From Albugo candida (Eukaryota), in the NCBI GenBank assembly GCA_040437565.1, contig JBDOQK010000017.1, forward strand, positions 496,001-560,000: a stretch of 64,000 bases of DNA. The letters are read 5' to 3'. The position numbers were made by a program, and so were the translations under genes. Shown in pieces: positions 13,354 to 27,525 of the stretch. The notes below the pieces were generated by a model. That model had not been told where the DNA came from, did no database searches, and saw nothing but the letters and a program-made list of their open reading frames with translations. How positions within the stretch are numbered: position 1 is the first letter of the stretch; each line of letters begins with the position of its first letter.

Positions 13354-16300
13354 CACTTTTGTAAGCTAGATAAATACGGTTTAGGGTGATGGGTATCCAA
13401 AACCAAAATAACGGATCGCAACTGAAATACACTTGCTTGGGTTCGACCTCCATGATTCTAATGCTCTGTCAGGTTCACGTTCTTCCCAGTGTTCTCTCTG
13501 TTGCGTTCAATGACTACGGCTGTCTTGATCCAGAAGGACAATTTTTGCATTACTGTGGATGACTAATATGGCTCTAGTCTCTTCCACCCATTAGAATATA
13601 CTGTCAGCAATGCTACGGCTTTTCGACCACTTGGCTTGACTTCTCCTACAGATATAAGTACTGCGTTATAAATTGTGATCTCTATCTACGCAAGTATTCA
13701 ATATTCCGGAAAAACATCGCAATAATTCTTCAGACGGAAGATTGCGCCTGAAACTTGTAGTGGTTGATTCATTATCCAGATAAATTTGAGACAATTGTAT
13801 TCAGCAGCTACCCATAGTTGTGAACCCTCCTGTCCGAATCTCCCCATTCTGTTTGTAAGAAATGCTTTATAAACCTGTTCTTCACCTAATCTTCTTTGAT
13901 AACCGTTGCAGCTTACGAACATTCTATGCCGCAAAGTCTTCCTAGCCGCGCGACAACTAGCCAAATTTCCGCACATTAGTTCAAAAGTAATTGGACTGAA
14001 GCAGACGAATACAATGTGGATGGAGACGACAAGAAAAGCATGATCATGACGGTAAGTCGAAGGCGCAGACTATCCACTACTTTAACGATGATAACACAAT
14101 TGAATATAATCGACATGGATGGGGGCATACTATAACACACTTTTGTCGCCCTCTCTATAAGAGTAATGGAACTAACTCAGAAATCCCATTGCAGAAAAGA
14201 GCATGGCCAGTACTTCCGATGTGAATGAGCTTGTGCAGACCTTGTCAGAACGTTTTTAAGCCCTGCTCAAGCTTGAACATCATTGCGGTTAGAGTAACAA
14301 TCTTTCCCGTTTACGCACCCATTGCAGTATCTACATGCATGCGTCCGATGTATCATCCAATTATAAGACAGAAGTCACGTGGCTAGAACGAATAGAGAAG
14401 TGGTTTTCTGAAACTCGTCATGAATAAAGAACATCACGTTCGATTGATTCTGCGACATCATCAAAGGAGGTCAATGGTCGCTTTATCAATTGAAAACCAA
14501 GCCAACTCGCTCGACACGGGCAATTATTAGAATCTACTCAATTCGTACTTGAATATTGGGAGAGTTATTCTCTACGAAGTGCACAGCTACAACAGATCCT
14601 CTTTCCGGAATGTCACCGAAACTTATGAAGCGCTACCATACGACAATGAGACTTGTCTTTCCGTACAATTTTAATCAGCGCAGAATCTGGTTGATGAGAA
14701 GAGAAGCAGAAACAGTCAAGAAGATTTCTTAGTGGAAATTTAGTTCGAGAATTACCATTCCTTTTTTTTTTGCTCGGGTTGACACGGAACAAATCATGAA
14801 AACCATGCTCGAATTGAACTTGTCGGCTGTATCGAACCCACTCATGAAAACTCACATTTGATTAGAATCATGTGGCTGGAGTGGAAATCTCAAGTTTCCG
14901 TACATATTTTTCCGAGTACGAGCGCATTCCACACTACTCCCACCTTTCTATGATCCTCATGATTCGCCACTGATATACTCGGTACGCAATGCACTTATCA
15001 ACGAATATGACACCGTAAAGAACAAACATTGAGGTGAGGATTTTTCTACATTCAAAATTGTCTTTTATGCGCCAAATAGACCTCTTTCAAGTTCAATTCA
15101 AGCCAGGCAGCCTATGAATCATTCAGACTCCCGATATTTTCTATCCGCACAGAAGGCTCTCATCAGTATCGAATATTATTATCCAACTCTGTGTGGGGCT
15201 TGAAGAGCAATGTTTGGCTGAGAAGCTGGCATATAACCGATGGAGCAAAAGAAATCGAAACACAAGGACACAAATGACGCAGGAGTCTAGCACAGAGAGA
15301 TCGTATCTATCTGATCATAGTAGATACCCGGTGACGATGTTAGATGACTTATCTAGACGCTGATGATACCATCACAAGATCACTGTCCAGGAACAAAAAC
15401 TTGACAAAATAATGAGACTAAAGATAGTAGCATAAATTTCTATTGTACCAAAGTCCGATTGATTAGAAGCGGAATAAACTGAATCTGACAAAGATCCCCG
15501 TTGTTGGGCTCACACCTGAACAAGTAGAAACGGCATAACGTGTACGTCCTTTGTTTCTTTCACTGTAAACTAATTAGACTGGCTGTTATGAAGAGAATTT
15601 TTTTTACACTAACCTCACTGAATCGCACCGTCGCGCTTCTTTTTGGATGGATACAAAGAGCTAAATGTTTTGCGAGAAACCGAGTATGGGTATTGCTCGT
15701 CCTTTCTTACATAAGAAATTTCAGCAGCTATATATGTATACATAGCGTGATACGTTACCTCGAGAATCTACGGCACGCTAGCTATCTCATGGTAAAACAG
15801 GAAAAGATTGGCCTATAAAACTCCATGTCAAAGCTGTATGAGTAGAAGTTTTCAAGTAAATGAACATAGCATATGGGATTCGCGAATGAGAATTTGTTTC
15901 TGTGACCATTTGTGAAGGACAGAGACTGTGGGATATCACAAGACAAACGGATCACGCTTCAATCTCCAGCCATTTGAACCTAACTGAGACTTTTTCATAT
16001 TTTTTGGAAGTAACCATTCTAGCATACGATTGTGAACGCTTCCTAGTTTGTAGCTCGAATGCGCATCAAAAGCCAGAAATAATACGACCTGACTCACTCA
16101 ATACTTCAGCGCTGCAGAAATCATATAGCTTATCGCAGAAGCGATATACCGTATCCTCTGCATCCCAGTACTACTGCTACTTTTCTACACCTTCCATGAT
16201 GTTACACTTATGCCTCTCCTAAAGTTCTCAAGATCACAAGGGCTGTCAATTTTAGGCTTCTTGTTCAGCGTATTGGAAAATAATCAGCACAAAACTAATC

Positions 16301-18214
16301 GGGCCGGATCGCACATATCACTGATCGGCGCACTCACCTAGTGCATGATTATGACCTTTCTGCGATGTTGTACCCCAGATGCAGTGTTGCAATGCTTTCG
16401 TGAAGCATTACCTGTGTTACTGTATATCATCAGAAATCAAAGATGATAGTGAAAGCCGAGGAACGCTCGAGCGAAAATGGTTAAAAATCACCCATAAATC
16501 AATTTCGATTCCATGTGCAATGCAAATGCTCTTTTTAGTGAGCCAAGAGTACAGTCGGACGGATCAAGACGTAGAGATGCCATGCAGCTGGTAAAGCATT
16601 ATACTGAAATGCGCAACATTGAGCCAAAAGAGTTGCGTTTTTACTTCAAGGTAACATTCCGCTCCCTATGTACTTTATTCACGAGTGCTATTGAGCATTC
16701 GTGGTGTCTCTTCTCGGTCAAGTTTATGAAAGGATTAGAATAAGAGGAATTGCATGGAAATATTCATACTTTTATGAAAAAGATATGAAGTTCTTAGATA
16801 TAAAATTGCTGTAGGTGGAAGCCCCAAAGTATGATGCATTTAAATTGAGTAATACTGGTAAGCAAGCACATATAGGTCTGGTAGTGACGATATCGTTTCT
16901 TTCTCTAACTTGGTAGGTATCTAGAACAGTAGTGCTAAGCGTATGAAGGGCAAGAATTTTCCTCCTTGCCTAGAAGGATGGGTGGAACATGTTTGAAGTT
17001 ACGAGATGTCAGGAAAAGTTCTTGAGGATAGGTGCACAATCTCGAACCCTGTAAAGTGGGCTAAATGCTCAATTTTTCAAGTACATGAAACGAGGGAAAG
17101 TAAGGGACAACCTAGCTCTAAAGGCTCCCATTGACCGAGAAATAGTGACACCGATACTGTGTCACTACGATTTATCAAGCCAGCTGCGCGATGTGCCATA
17201 TATGGAAAACGTCTACCATGTTGTTAGTTTTGGAAACGAAAATTACCCCACACATCGTGTGATTGGCCAACGGATGGCGAGGACGACAACAATTCGACAG
17301 AGACATTTGAACCGGGAATTCTGGAAATCTCATAACAAGTTGATTCATTTTGAGATTCATTCAGCACAGCCCATTCTTCTCAATATGAGAAAATTTCAAA
17401 CTCGATTCAACCTTGTACCTTTGGCTTTTAATGGTTGAGACGGAAGTTCGATCTGTGTGCCCTTTCGCGGAGGGTATAAAGGTATTATTAGACAAAGGTA
17501 AGTAAATATGCTCACAAAGCAGCAAGCCTATAGCTTCATGAGATAGAAAAAGCTAGTCTAAGCGAGATTTAATTTATTTGACGTGGTGTGTATTGTATCG
17601 TGTAGCTTACAAGTAATTGCAATACGCGAAGATTTTAAGCGCTCGACTTGTCAAGACACCCGAGAAACTCCACTCAATGAAGGAAGCCTAAACACTCAAG
17701 AAAATCCAAATACGTAACTTGAAAAGATGGTTAGATGAACGAGGCCGTCATTTTGAATTGTGCTGCGATTACAACAAGCGCTCCTGTAATCCTACTGACA
17801 AGGTTATGTATTTCATAACGGAAAAACTCATAGTACCAACTCCCGTTTTCGACGTTATCCATGAGACAGAAGTCAATTGCTCAAAATATGCGTAGTGCTA
17901 TCGAAGGATGATTCTAGTTTATATATTTTGGACAAAAAAATCTTGCAAGCGTGTACGCTGTTCGTCCAAAGTGCAAAAGTAGCACGGCGTGCATATGGGT
18001 CCGATGAAAAATCCGATCCCACGATCCAGTCTTTTGCGGATGGTCAGCTCGCGAATCTTTCTCTTCTACCTGTGAGATATGATGATATCTCTTTTCGTTG
18101 ACAGTCCTGTATTGCGCTAGCCTAATGACTACCCCAAATGAGAGAAAGTTGTAAAACTGCCAAAAAGAACGTGTCTTGCAAATTGTTGTGTGACAAAATA
18201 ATTTTAGCAGAGCA

Positions 18215-18380
18215 ATCCACCTAGGACCAGGATCCGAGTTGCACTTGCATTTCTACTTGTCTGTGCCGAACCCGCAGCACTTATCCACGGTATCACAGAA
18301 AGCCACCGAATGATCCTTGCGTTGCGAGTTGATCCAGCATCTTAGCAAGCCGAATGCGCTCGTCTTGTTCGCAACACTGT
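18215..18380. repeat. Dispersed repeat fragment, copy 1 (related to 30504-30641)
   Basis: Shares GGATCCG(A/G)GTTGCACTTGCATT...GAATGATC(C/T)TTGCGTTGCG...GCAAGCCGAA...GCTCGTCTTG with 30504-30641. Confidence 0.7.
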
Positions 18381-21300
18381 CTTTGAAAGTACCCAATGTT
18401 TGCAGTAAATGTATGTAGTTGACGGAAAGTGCTGAAACAATCGGCGTTGCTAAAAAATGCGACGCTTCTGATTGGTCCAATTGAATCTGCAGCGTCGCCG
18501 CGTGTATTGCAAGCCAAAATTTGATATAATTTGCTTATTTTCTTTCTATTCTGGTCGCAATGCTGGCAAAGTTGAACATGCAATATGCGTCCAACGTGGT
18601 TGGGGGGGAAAACGTAATCAAAAGTAGGAAGTAACTAAATCTATAAGTGCGCTGCGTGATCGGAGTCTAGAAAGAAATATTGCTCGAATTACACTGTCGC
18701 ACACCAAGGCTGCGTGCACAATTTGTGTCGGGCTTAATGTTTCTAAAAATCAGTAACACGATCAAACTAGCAACATCCGAAAGTCCAGAAGAAACTGTGT
18801 TTCTTCGAAACGGCCTACGACTCGTTTGCGAAGATGTCGTGACGTAGCTATGAATATACTAATTCGCTCTGTATCCATCACGTCCGATTGCTCCCGTGGT
18901 GACCAATGTTTCATAATGGGGTGACGCTTGGTTGGTTCGGTAGGTTTTCCAGATAATACGTGAGAGTTTACAGCGTGAAAAGGAGGGGCATATAGTGTTA
19001 TCTACTTGCTTTGTAATCCTAGTTAAAACAGTTGTCCACTTGTGTGTGGTTGAATCCAAGTGATAAGGACAATGGTCAAGTCAATACACTGTAGTATCTG
19101 AATGAATTCATTGTAGAGTCGCCTCGATAACTTTTATTCAGCCGTATCCGATGTGTTCAGCTCTTCGTAGGTCTAATATATGTCGACGAGAGCTGCCTTC
19201 GTTGGCCATGTGTCGCAGTCTCGAAAAAAAGTCTTAGGGACTTTGAATTTTAAAAGCTGTACCAAACGATTACCGAAATACACTATGTGTTTCGTTCACC
19301 ATGCCAAGATCGTACCAAAGGTTTTGCGTTCTCGTAATACGAGTGGCATTTTCATAATGTAATTATTGGTCGCAGTGGAACTACATCGGCTATTCTATGT
19401 AGTACTGACGGCGTCGTAGAAAATTCAATTCTGTAATTGTGCTACTTCAATCCATCTGATACCACATCTTGAATGCGCGTTCCCCCCAAAAGAGTTGTGC
19501 TCTAACCTTGATTCAACTTTCGATGTCAATGGGGTGCGATGCTTAATACATCCATTAGCTTGCGTGGTCCAAAGCAACGTGCGAAAGTTTTAATGATTCT
19601 GACGAAGTAATTGTCCTATTCGAAGGAGCAATTGTCGACGCATCGGACTCGAACTGCGGTAGGGATTGAACGCTGTGTAGCTTTAGTCGCACCACCAGAT
19701 AAAGAACTCTTCTCGCATCGTTCAGCTTCTACGGCGCCGAGTTGAGAGCTGCCTCATATAAAAATAAGAAATCTTTGAAAGCTTCCACTGAATCAGTATA
19801 AAGTAGGTGCGTAGTTGGCTCTATATCATACATTCTTCCTCTTGATGCATTACAACTTGCTTTTGCACCAGTCTGGCATACCGCGCGTTAGATTCACATC
19901 CCAGATGACTCGATACTAGAAACGTTTTACCCGTCTCGGTAATAATAGTATCGGTTTTGATCGGCGCGATAATGAGAAAAGGAAAGAAATCTCTAGTGTG
20001 GACCAATGCAGTATCAGATGACGTGTGCAGTCGTACGCACACATCATCAGGCAACCCATATTCTATGTACCGGAATTGCTACATGATAATGGAAGACGAT
20101 ATTCGCTTATACGTATGTACAAGTAAGGCAGTGATAATGTTTCAGTGTCAGGCTATCATATAGCTTTTTCAGTAGGATATGAACATTGGTGCAGCAAGAG
20201 GAAATGATAAATCGGCTATACGGACGTAATGTAGTTTATTTGACAATTCCTTAGGAACTTGAGATTTATAACTGCGTCCCCGGACCTTCCAAACATGACA
20301 AATTGTCTTTGGAACTTCATTGGTGTCCTAGACACATTCCAAGGTAGGGCAAATTGCTTACTATTGTGTGTAAAAGTTTTTAACAGCCTTCCCAAAAACG
20401 GCAATTACGAAGGATGAAAATGGGGAATGATAACCGCAAACCTGTCAAAGCGTATTCTGACTTCTGCTAGAATATTCCCAAAGTGTATCGCTCAGATTAT
20501 GGCTCTTCACATTCTTGATCTGTATCCCGCGATCTAAGAGAATTGAACCAATAAAAACGCTCACGGCTGGACCTCTTAAAGTCCGGAAAATCATGCGTTA
20601 AAATATTTTTCTATAGCTGATTAATATCAACCCTCTTCAGCCATTTAATCGCAATAAAGAGCTGAGGTCGTAGAATGATTTTTGTAAATACTCAAATTGG
20701 TAGCTGACGAAATATCGAACGAATCGAATTTCCTCAAGTTCATTAAGGGGTATATTTTGTATCACGCCTAAGCTTTCCCTGTCAGAATTTGCTTGCAAGA
20801 TATCAAAGTCGGCTTTATCGTGTTCAATCGGGTCTGAACGCGCTTTTTCTTAATTGAATTTTTCCAACGATCGAATAAGCGGCTTCGTTTGATTTGACTT
20901 GATTTCTATACGTACGCTCATTTCTTCAGATAACGAAGCCGTTGGATAGTAGCCTAGCTCAATGGTAATATTAGCATGTATGGTAATTATCAACTCGTAC
21001 ATTGATCGCAATAACGTGCATTATTGTAAAGNNNNNNNNNNNNNNNNNNNNNNNNNNNNNNNNNNNNNNNNNNNNNNNNNNNNNNNNNNNNNNNNNNNNN
21101 NNNNNNNNNNNNNNNNNNNNNNNNNNNNNNNTTGATTTCTATACGTACGCTCATTTCTTCAGATAACGAAGCCGTTGGATAGTAGCCTAGCTCAATGGTA
21201 GAGTATTAGCATGTATGGTAATTATCAACTCGTACATTGATCGCAATAACGTGCATTATTGTAAAGGGATGGCGAAGACATCTAAATAGTCATCATGTAT

Positions 21301-23346
21301 CAAATACGCTTACTTCAGCTTCACACATTTTGTAATCTTAATCTTCGGTGGATTGTTCTTCAAGATATCATTTATCGTCTGTTCGGTTACTTCAGAAAAT
21401 GACAAGTTGCGACATCACCAGAGTCACAACCATTAATAGTTTCAATGTACCAAATTGCGGGGGTATGGCTATATCGAAACGAGGCTGCTCTTTTGGGGAT
21501 GTTTCATCGAAGACGTGTTCGAGGTCACAATGTCGGATCAAATGTTTTTTCGCATGTCCAACTTGAAGCTAATGAGTTTGAGTGAGCCGCTTTCCCGTCT
21601 AAAGCGATGATTGTCTCGAGCACGTTTGTGAAAATTCATGAGTGGATTAATACTTGTGGAACGTGTCGAAATGAAGCGATTATTGAATTAAATTGTGCCG
21701 ATTGTGAGCATTTCGAAGTGGAAATAAACGAAATACATTCTTGGCTAGAAGTATACATCTGAAAGCCCATCTTTTGCGTCTGATCTTGTTCAATTCAAAC
21801 GTAGAGCTTGTTCTTTCATGGCATCACAGAGAAAAAACTACGCCCTGAAGAGATTTCCGCCTCATTGTGCTAATCGGCTTATCGTGTACATGAAACAAGG
21901 CTATCTATATCTATATCATCGGAAAAGCTTGCGTGTAGTTGAAGGAGCAATAAAACTTCGAGCTTTATCTGCCAGCTCGTCGCGCGTATTGAAGCTTCCA
22001 AGCAATAAAGTCGCGTCAAGTATCGAAAAGGTGCTTTGAATACAATTCCACGAATTTTACCAACATTGTTTCCCTTTTGCGTGGCTTAACAATATTGTAT
22101 CCAGAAAGGAATATGAGTGAAATGGTTACAGGTTTTCTGGTATTGCGAGGGAAAGAGCTGCAGCCAGCTTCTCGAACAGTTATGATAAAAAAAATAAAAT
22201 AAACGCGTCAAGCTGTGTCCATCCTTGAACCAAAAGCGGTCAAATACTTCCGAGGGAGTAGGCAAGTTGAAGTGAGTCTAGAAGTGCCTCACTAGCAGGA
22301 ATTGCTGCTAAATTCTCGAGTAGCTTTCATAATGACAGCCTGTTGCGCCTTTAGACTTCCTCCTCACTTTCGCAAACCGCGTATTTTTTTCGATTGACTG
22401 TTAGTAGACTCAGGCTAATTTGAAAGTTTCTTCTGCAGATAAGCGTTACATTCGTCGTCTGTACTAGAGGATGCCATTAAAATACAATACTGGATTAATT
22501 TGAACAGTATCGCAATTGTTTCACTTCAAATTTTGATCGCAAAAATGATTCACAATGCATCTGAAAGGTTCATATAACGTCTAAGAATCGTTTTGTGCAC
22601 AGTCACATAAAGCTGAGATGAACTAGGCACTCTAAAAAAGGAGGCTCTGTTATCAAAAGCTTTTCTTTAATGCTAAGGGGGGTAACGGCAGCAGGTTTCA
22701 TAAAAAAGTATTTGTTGAGCACGCATCAAATATATGTAAAATAGGATGTGACAGTACCTCGTCCAGCCTGTCGGAGAAGAAGCGCAAAGCGTTGCTGCAG
22801 GTTGATACGCTTCATCAGATAACTGCGAACGCTGTGGACAAACACGATAAATTGCTACCGTGGATATTCGATTTCACGGGGAGTGGTCCTGAAGAGTGCA
22901 ACATTTGTAATCGTTCCGTCAATTCACTCAAACTCATCATAAGCATAAAAGGCTCAATGAGCGATCGACGTATCATCCCCTATATTCCACCGTAAGCGCT
23001 GTCATTCAAAACCATCAAAAAAATCGTTGCATCGCTACTCAAAGTATACAGTTAACGGGTTTTCCTGCTTCCGTATCCGAGTTTCTAATCTCAATCATCA
23101 CAAAAGTAACACGTTCCTTATTATATGCTAGGGGTATATTGTATTCGCGTATCAATGGTCTGAAGGCTGACTAGCATTTTTGAGCCACCAGCGTTGAAAG
23201 GATTATTCATTGATTTTTAGCTCCCGGAAGTGAATGATGATTGTTTGAGCATCACTAGAAAACAAAAAATGTTGCATGAAGACGATTGGTTATAATACTT
23301 GACAAGGTGAGAACACGTGTCCACATATAAAAACTAAATTGTTACA

Positions 23347-25159
23347 ATGAAAGCGCGTTTGTTGCTCAGTAGCCTCGTAGTCTTTGGGTATATTGGACAC
23401 AGTGCAGGGCAGTTGGACTTTCTTAATATTAGCATATATTCAAAAGTGTCTGAGAGCTGTCAACAGTGCTTACTGGAGCGTGCGGGCGCCTTTCATGTAG
23501 AAGAGGTGAACGAATTTCAAAAATCAATTCACATAATAAAAGTGTACTGGGTTGTGGGGCCATCACATTATCTTCGAGCAAATTTGATCAGTTGCTTTGG
23601 TCGACGGTATTGCCGTGACCCAACAATTGAAGATTATAGATCAATATTTGTCACTGAAGGCATCGGCAGTACACCATCACCGTTCGTGTCTAGCGAGAAC
23701 CCGACCTAAACGTATATCAGCAATGAGCGGCAACATTGGGCAAACTCAGCTGATCTCCGAACCGTTCAACAAACTGATCTTTCACTTGACATCAATGACG
23801 CTGGTCAAATATTCGTTGAGGGGAGCAAAACAGAATCGAAGCAATTGTGCGTATACAGATCCTACTTCGACTTCTCTTTCTTATGTGAAACATTTATGAA
23901 TAAATAAAGCGATTCTGGAAGCATGGAAAAGTATTTTGCATATACAACTGAGTGTTATTTATGTGATACACTCATCAGATCCTGATTTGTTCAAAAAGTT
24001 GAGTGGGGAGATAGAAATATGTCGTGGCGCAACCGCTCTACTGACAGATGACCTATGCAACATGTTCAAGTCTAAAATATCGGGGAGCGCAGGAGAATCT
24101 GACAAGAAATCCGAATCATCGGCATCAGTGCTGGGCACTTTTACTTTCTTACATACGACAAAAAATGATCAAAGGGACGAGCAAAAAATCTATAACGTAC
24201 TGTAACGCCTGAAGTTCAAATACTACCGCTTATCAACAAGTAAGTCATATAATGACCGCAGCACAACGTGCTGGGGATGCTTGTACAAAGCCTATGATAG
24301 CCTGGTTGTTTTAGACAGGGTTCAAGTGAACCCCGGAGAAAATATCATGTTTATTATTGCTATCTTTACTGCCAAGGAGGTAAAAGATCAATTTGTCCGG
24401 TGCTTTAAAGAATGTGGTGCTATCATACCCATCAAAAGTGGGTTTCCAGACACCGTTTATTTACATAAATTGTCGGTTCCACAAAACGTTTTCACCTGGA
24501 TGGAACAGATAGCTACCAAAAAAAATGAGGAATACAACCCCCACCCAAGTCATGGCTGTTTCCAAGTTGAAAGCAGAGAACAGCACAGTCTTGAATGCCA
24601 CGGATGTTTTCAAATCACCCAAAAGTGGTCACTTTCGAAACTCACCTTTCTAGTCTCACTCAAGGTGGATGTAGATGCTATTGAGAAGTTGACCTGCACT
24701 TTCAAGGTTGCAAATGGTTGCAAAGATTTCCAGCTGATGCCCAATATTATGTGCGACTATGCAGCAAAATTCCGGAATTGCCTATCTAGATTTGACCAAG
24801 CTTCCCATGGAAGTCGATTCAGTCGACGATACAGGGAAACACGCATCAGCTCCAGTCGAAAATTTCTTTGTCGTCAAGTGGAAAGAAAACGATTCGGAGG
24901 AATCTGGGGAAGATGCCGCATTTGCAAATGTGTCCTCTGTCTGACGAGTAAGCGCAAAGTTGTACTCATATCCATAATACAGCGATACGTATGGGTGGTT
25001 GATTCCAAAATATCGGTAAACTGCAAGGAATGCGATGGTAAGGTGTTTCACGGCGCGCAGTTTTCATGTAATCAGTACCTTCGGCAGGTACCGGTCGTAA
25101 AAGCGAGAAACTACATTGAGGTATCACTGAGACGGAAACGTCAGAGCTTAGAGAGCTAA
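23347..25159 (+). pseudogene. Disrupted CCG/CHXC-family secreted effector gene; only the N-terminal 120 aa (23347-23709) are open
   Basis: Signal-peptide-like MKARLLLSSLVVFGYIGHSAG, then CQQCLLERAG (CxxCxxxxxG), YWVVG and CFGRRYC. In-frame TAA at 23707-23709 and later stops/frameshifts. Downstream fragments carry more CxxC modules (CWGCL, CHGCF, CVLCL). Confidence 0.75.
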
Positions 25160-27525
25160 GAGGCTCGCGAGAGTAACAAGTAAAGTTGGGAAGAATCAAA
25201 GTCAACACCTTGTTTACCTGATTGTACTCTTTCGTTAAACAATAAGAGAACGGACGAACGAACTGATAGCTTGCTTCAGTTTTTTTTTTGCTTCATAAGA
25301 GTCGTGTGCTTCTATCAGTACCATTGACATACACAGCTAAATATCGTCTATTCCAAAGGTAGTATGCATTCTTTTACAGTTTACAGTAACATCAAGGTAA
25401 TGATCCGAATCTGATACTTCGACGATTCAAGCAAACGGAAGTCGACTTCTACACTGTTCCTTGAGTGCCCAAAAGTTGTGGAATAGAAAACATCAAAACA
25501 AACTGTAATTTTTTTCAGAGCGATATATATTTGCGCAATTTCTTTGAGCATCTTTACCGTACGGATAGTCTCCCTATAACAAAGAGAGATCCTCTGTTCC
25601 ATTTACATTCACTAAAAGCCACGCAAAATAAATACCATCTATTCGTTTTTGTACAGAAATCAACGGATGAGAGTAATCTGTAATTGTCACTACATCAAAG
25701 TACACCGAACAAGTAAAAACGTTTTGCAGAAAGTAGACCGAAGACCGCATCGCGTTTTCACAACTCGTTGGTGGGTTTTTTTACGCAATCCTTTCAGTTA
25801 AGCCGCTTCATCGCGTTTACTGTGGCTTTAGCATATCTGCACTAGAGTTCGAAATGCTCACTTATTCTTTTTGATATCATTTTTCGACAATTTCTGCTGG
25901 TTTACGAAGGGGTAAAATCTGAGCTGCCCAGCACAAGAAGCCCACATCTCTGTAACGTCCTGTTGCTGTTCCTGGAAACTGATTCGTTTCAATCTCGTCA
26001 TAAAATTACTGCTTTGAAAAGCCGTCTTTTAGAACACTTACCCCACTCTTCCAAACTTAAGTCTTCTCACATTGGTATCTTGAGCCCGAGTAGGAACTGT
26101 ATCCGTGCATTTTATTACATCTGACACATTGATTGATAACCTAGCCTAGACACCAAGAAATGCATTCGCTTAGTCATAATAGCATATGTGGAAAGGGGTT
26201 TGTTTCCTTTGAGCATCCAATCCTTCATTTCAGGATCCTACACGAAAACTCTGGAATTCTTACGTCCTCAATAAGATTGTCGACACACGTATCAAAGTTG
26301 ATTCTATACTCTTTGCACATCAACCCGAAATGGGTAAAGCGTCTTCGAGCGAGTCGATTATAACTGACCTATCGATACATTTCTATGTAACTGCGAACAA
26401 ACGATTCAAAACAGGAAGATCTTTTGCTGATCCCACATCTTCTTTCAAATACTTTGTATAATTTAAGCTGCGAGCGCATCCAACTTAGAAACACTGAAGT
26501 ATGAATCACCTTTAATGGATATTCTGATCGCGTTGCTCATAGTATCGTCGTTTACATCAAAGCATGCCTTTCATTTCCACAAGAGAGGAATCATGCTTCC
26601 ACTGATATAATCGGCCTACAGCGTTCTTCATAATGATGAAATTTAATCTGGCATGATAGATACACATTGATGCTTTCATGACAGAGCTCGTGTCAATTTT
26701 CGAGTACGAAGCGCTCCCAACACCTCGAAGCAAAGATTTAGATTATCGACTAGTCCATCTGCGACTCCAGGAAATGGATGGCAGGCTTTTCTTTTGAGGG
26801 CATTTTTGTTCATGATGGATCGCTAAAGTCACAGCTTGAGATATTCGAGTGAACATTGTTATAACTCCTCTCAACACAATATAAAAAAAACAAAGAAAGT
26901 CGAACAAACAAAAACTGAAATTAGCCACATTTTATTCTGGTTGCCTTTACATCAAACGATGGTTTAAGGTCCTTTACAGCGGCGATGAGCCGAATAAAAT
27001 CGACTTATCGTAACACGTTCTTAAGATCGCATACTCGATTCCGGATTTCAAGAATCGGGGAAAACCAACTCAGAAATAGCCCTCCCGGCTGCTAGTTGGA
27101 AAACAATAGTCTCAGCTCATTATTGCACTTTTCTATGACCAAAGCAAAATTCTCTGAATTGACGTAAGGCATTTCTTTTGTAAGTTTATGATGACAATGT
27201 ATTCTTCCGTGACCTTTTGTCTCCTTTCGGAGCTATCCGGAACGAATACAAACTACGTTTACGAATATTTTGGATTATCCTCAAAAACGGCGCATTGATG
27301 TCCAACTTGTACCGTCGGTCTTTAAGGCGAGCAGAAGCAGGTGAAAAATCATTACTTCATTCAGTGATGCTACAAACAGGCTATCCTAATTTAGAAAGAT
27401 ACTGAGTGGATCATGTATCTATCAGGATATATGAGATGGTGACCTATCTGCAGGTACAATGTAGGTGGCGGGACATACATTTGAGAATAAAGGAGGAAGC
27501 CTTTATCGAATGAAGGAATGCTGGG

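Noticed and set aside
13400-22500. Assorted 60-120 aa ORFs as genes (e.g. 13698-13976, 15902-16222, 17085-17438)
   Set aside because: Short, with no recognisable motifs. Some may be decayed genes or TE pieces, but none could be supported.
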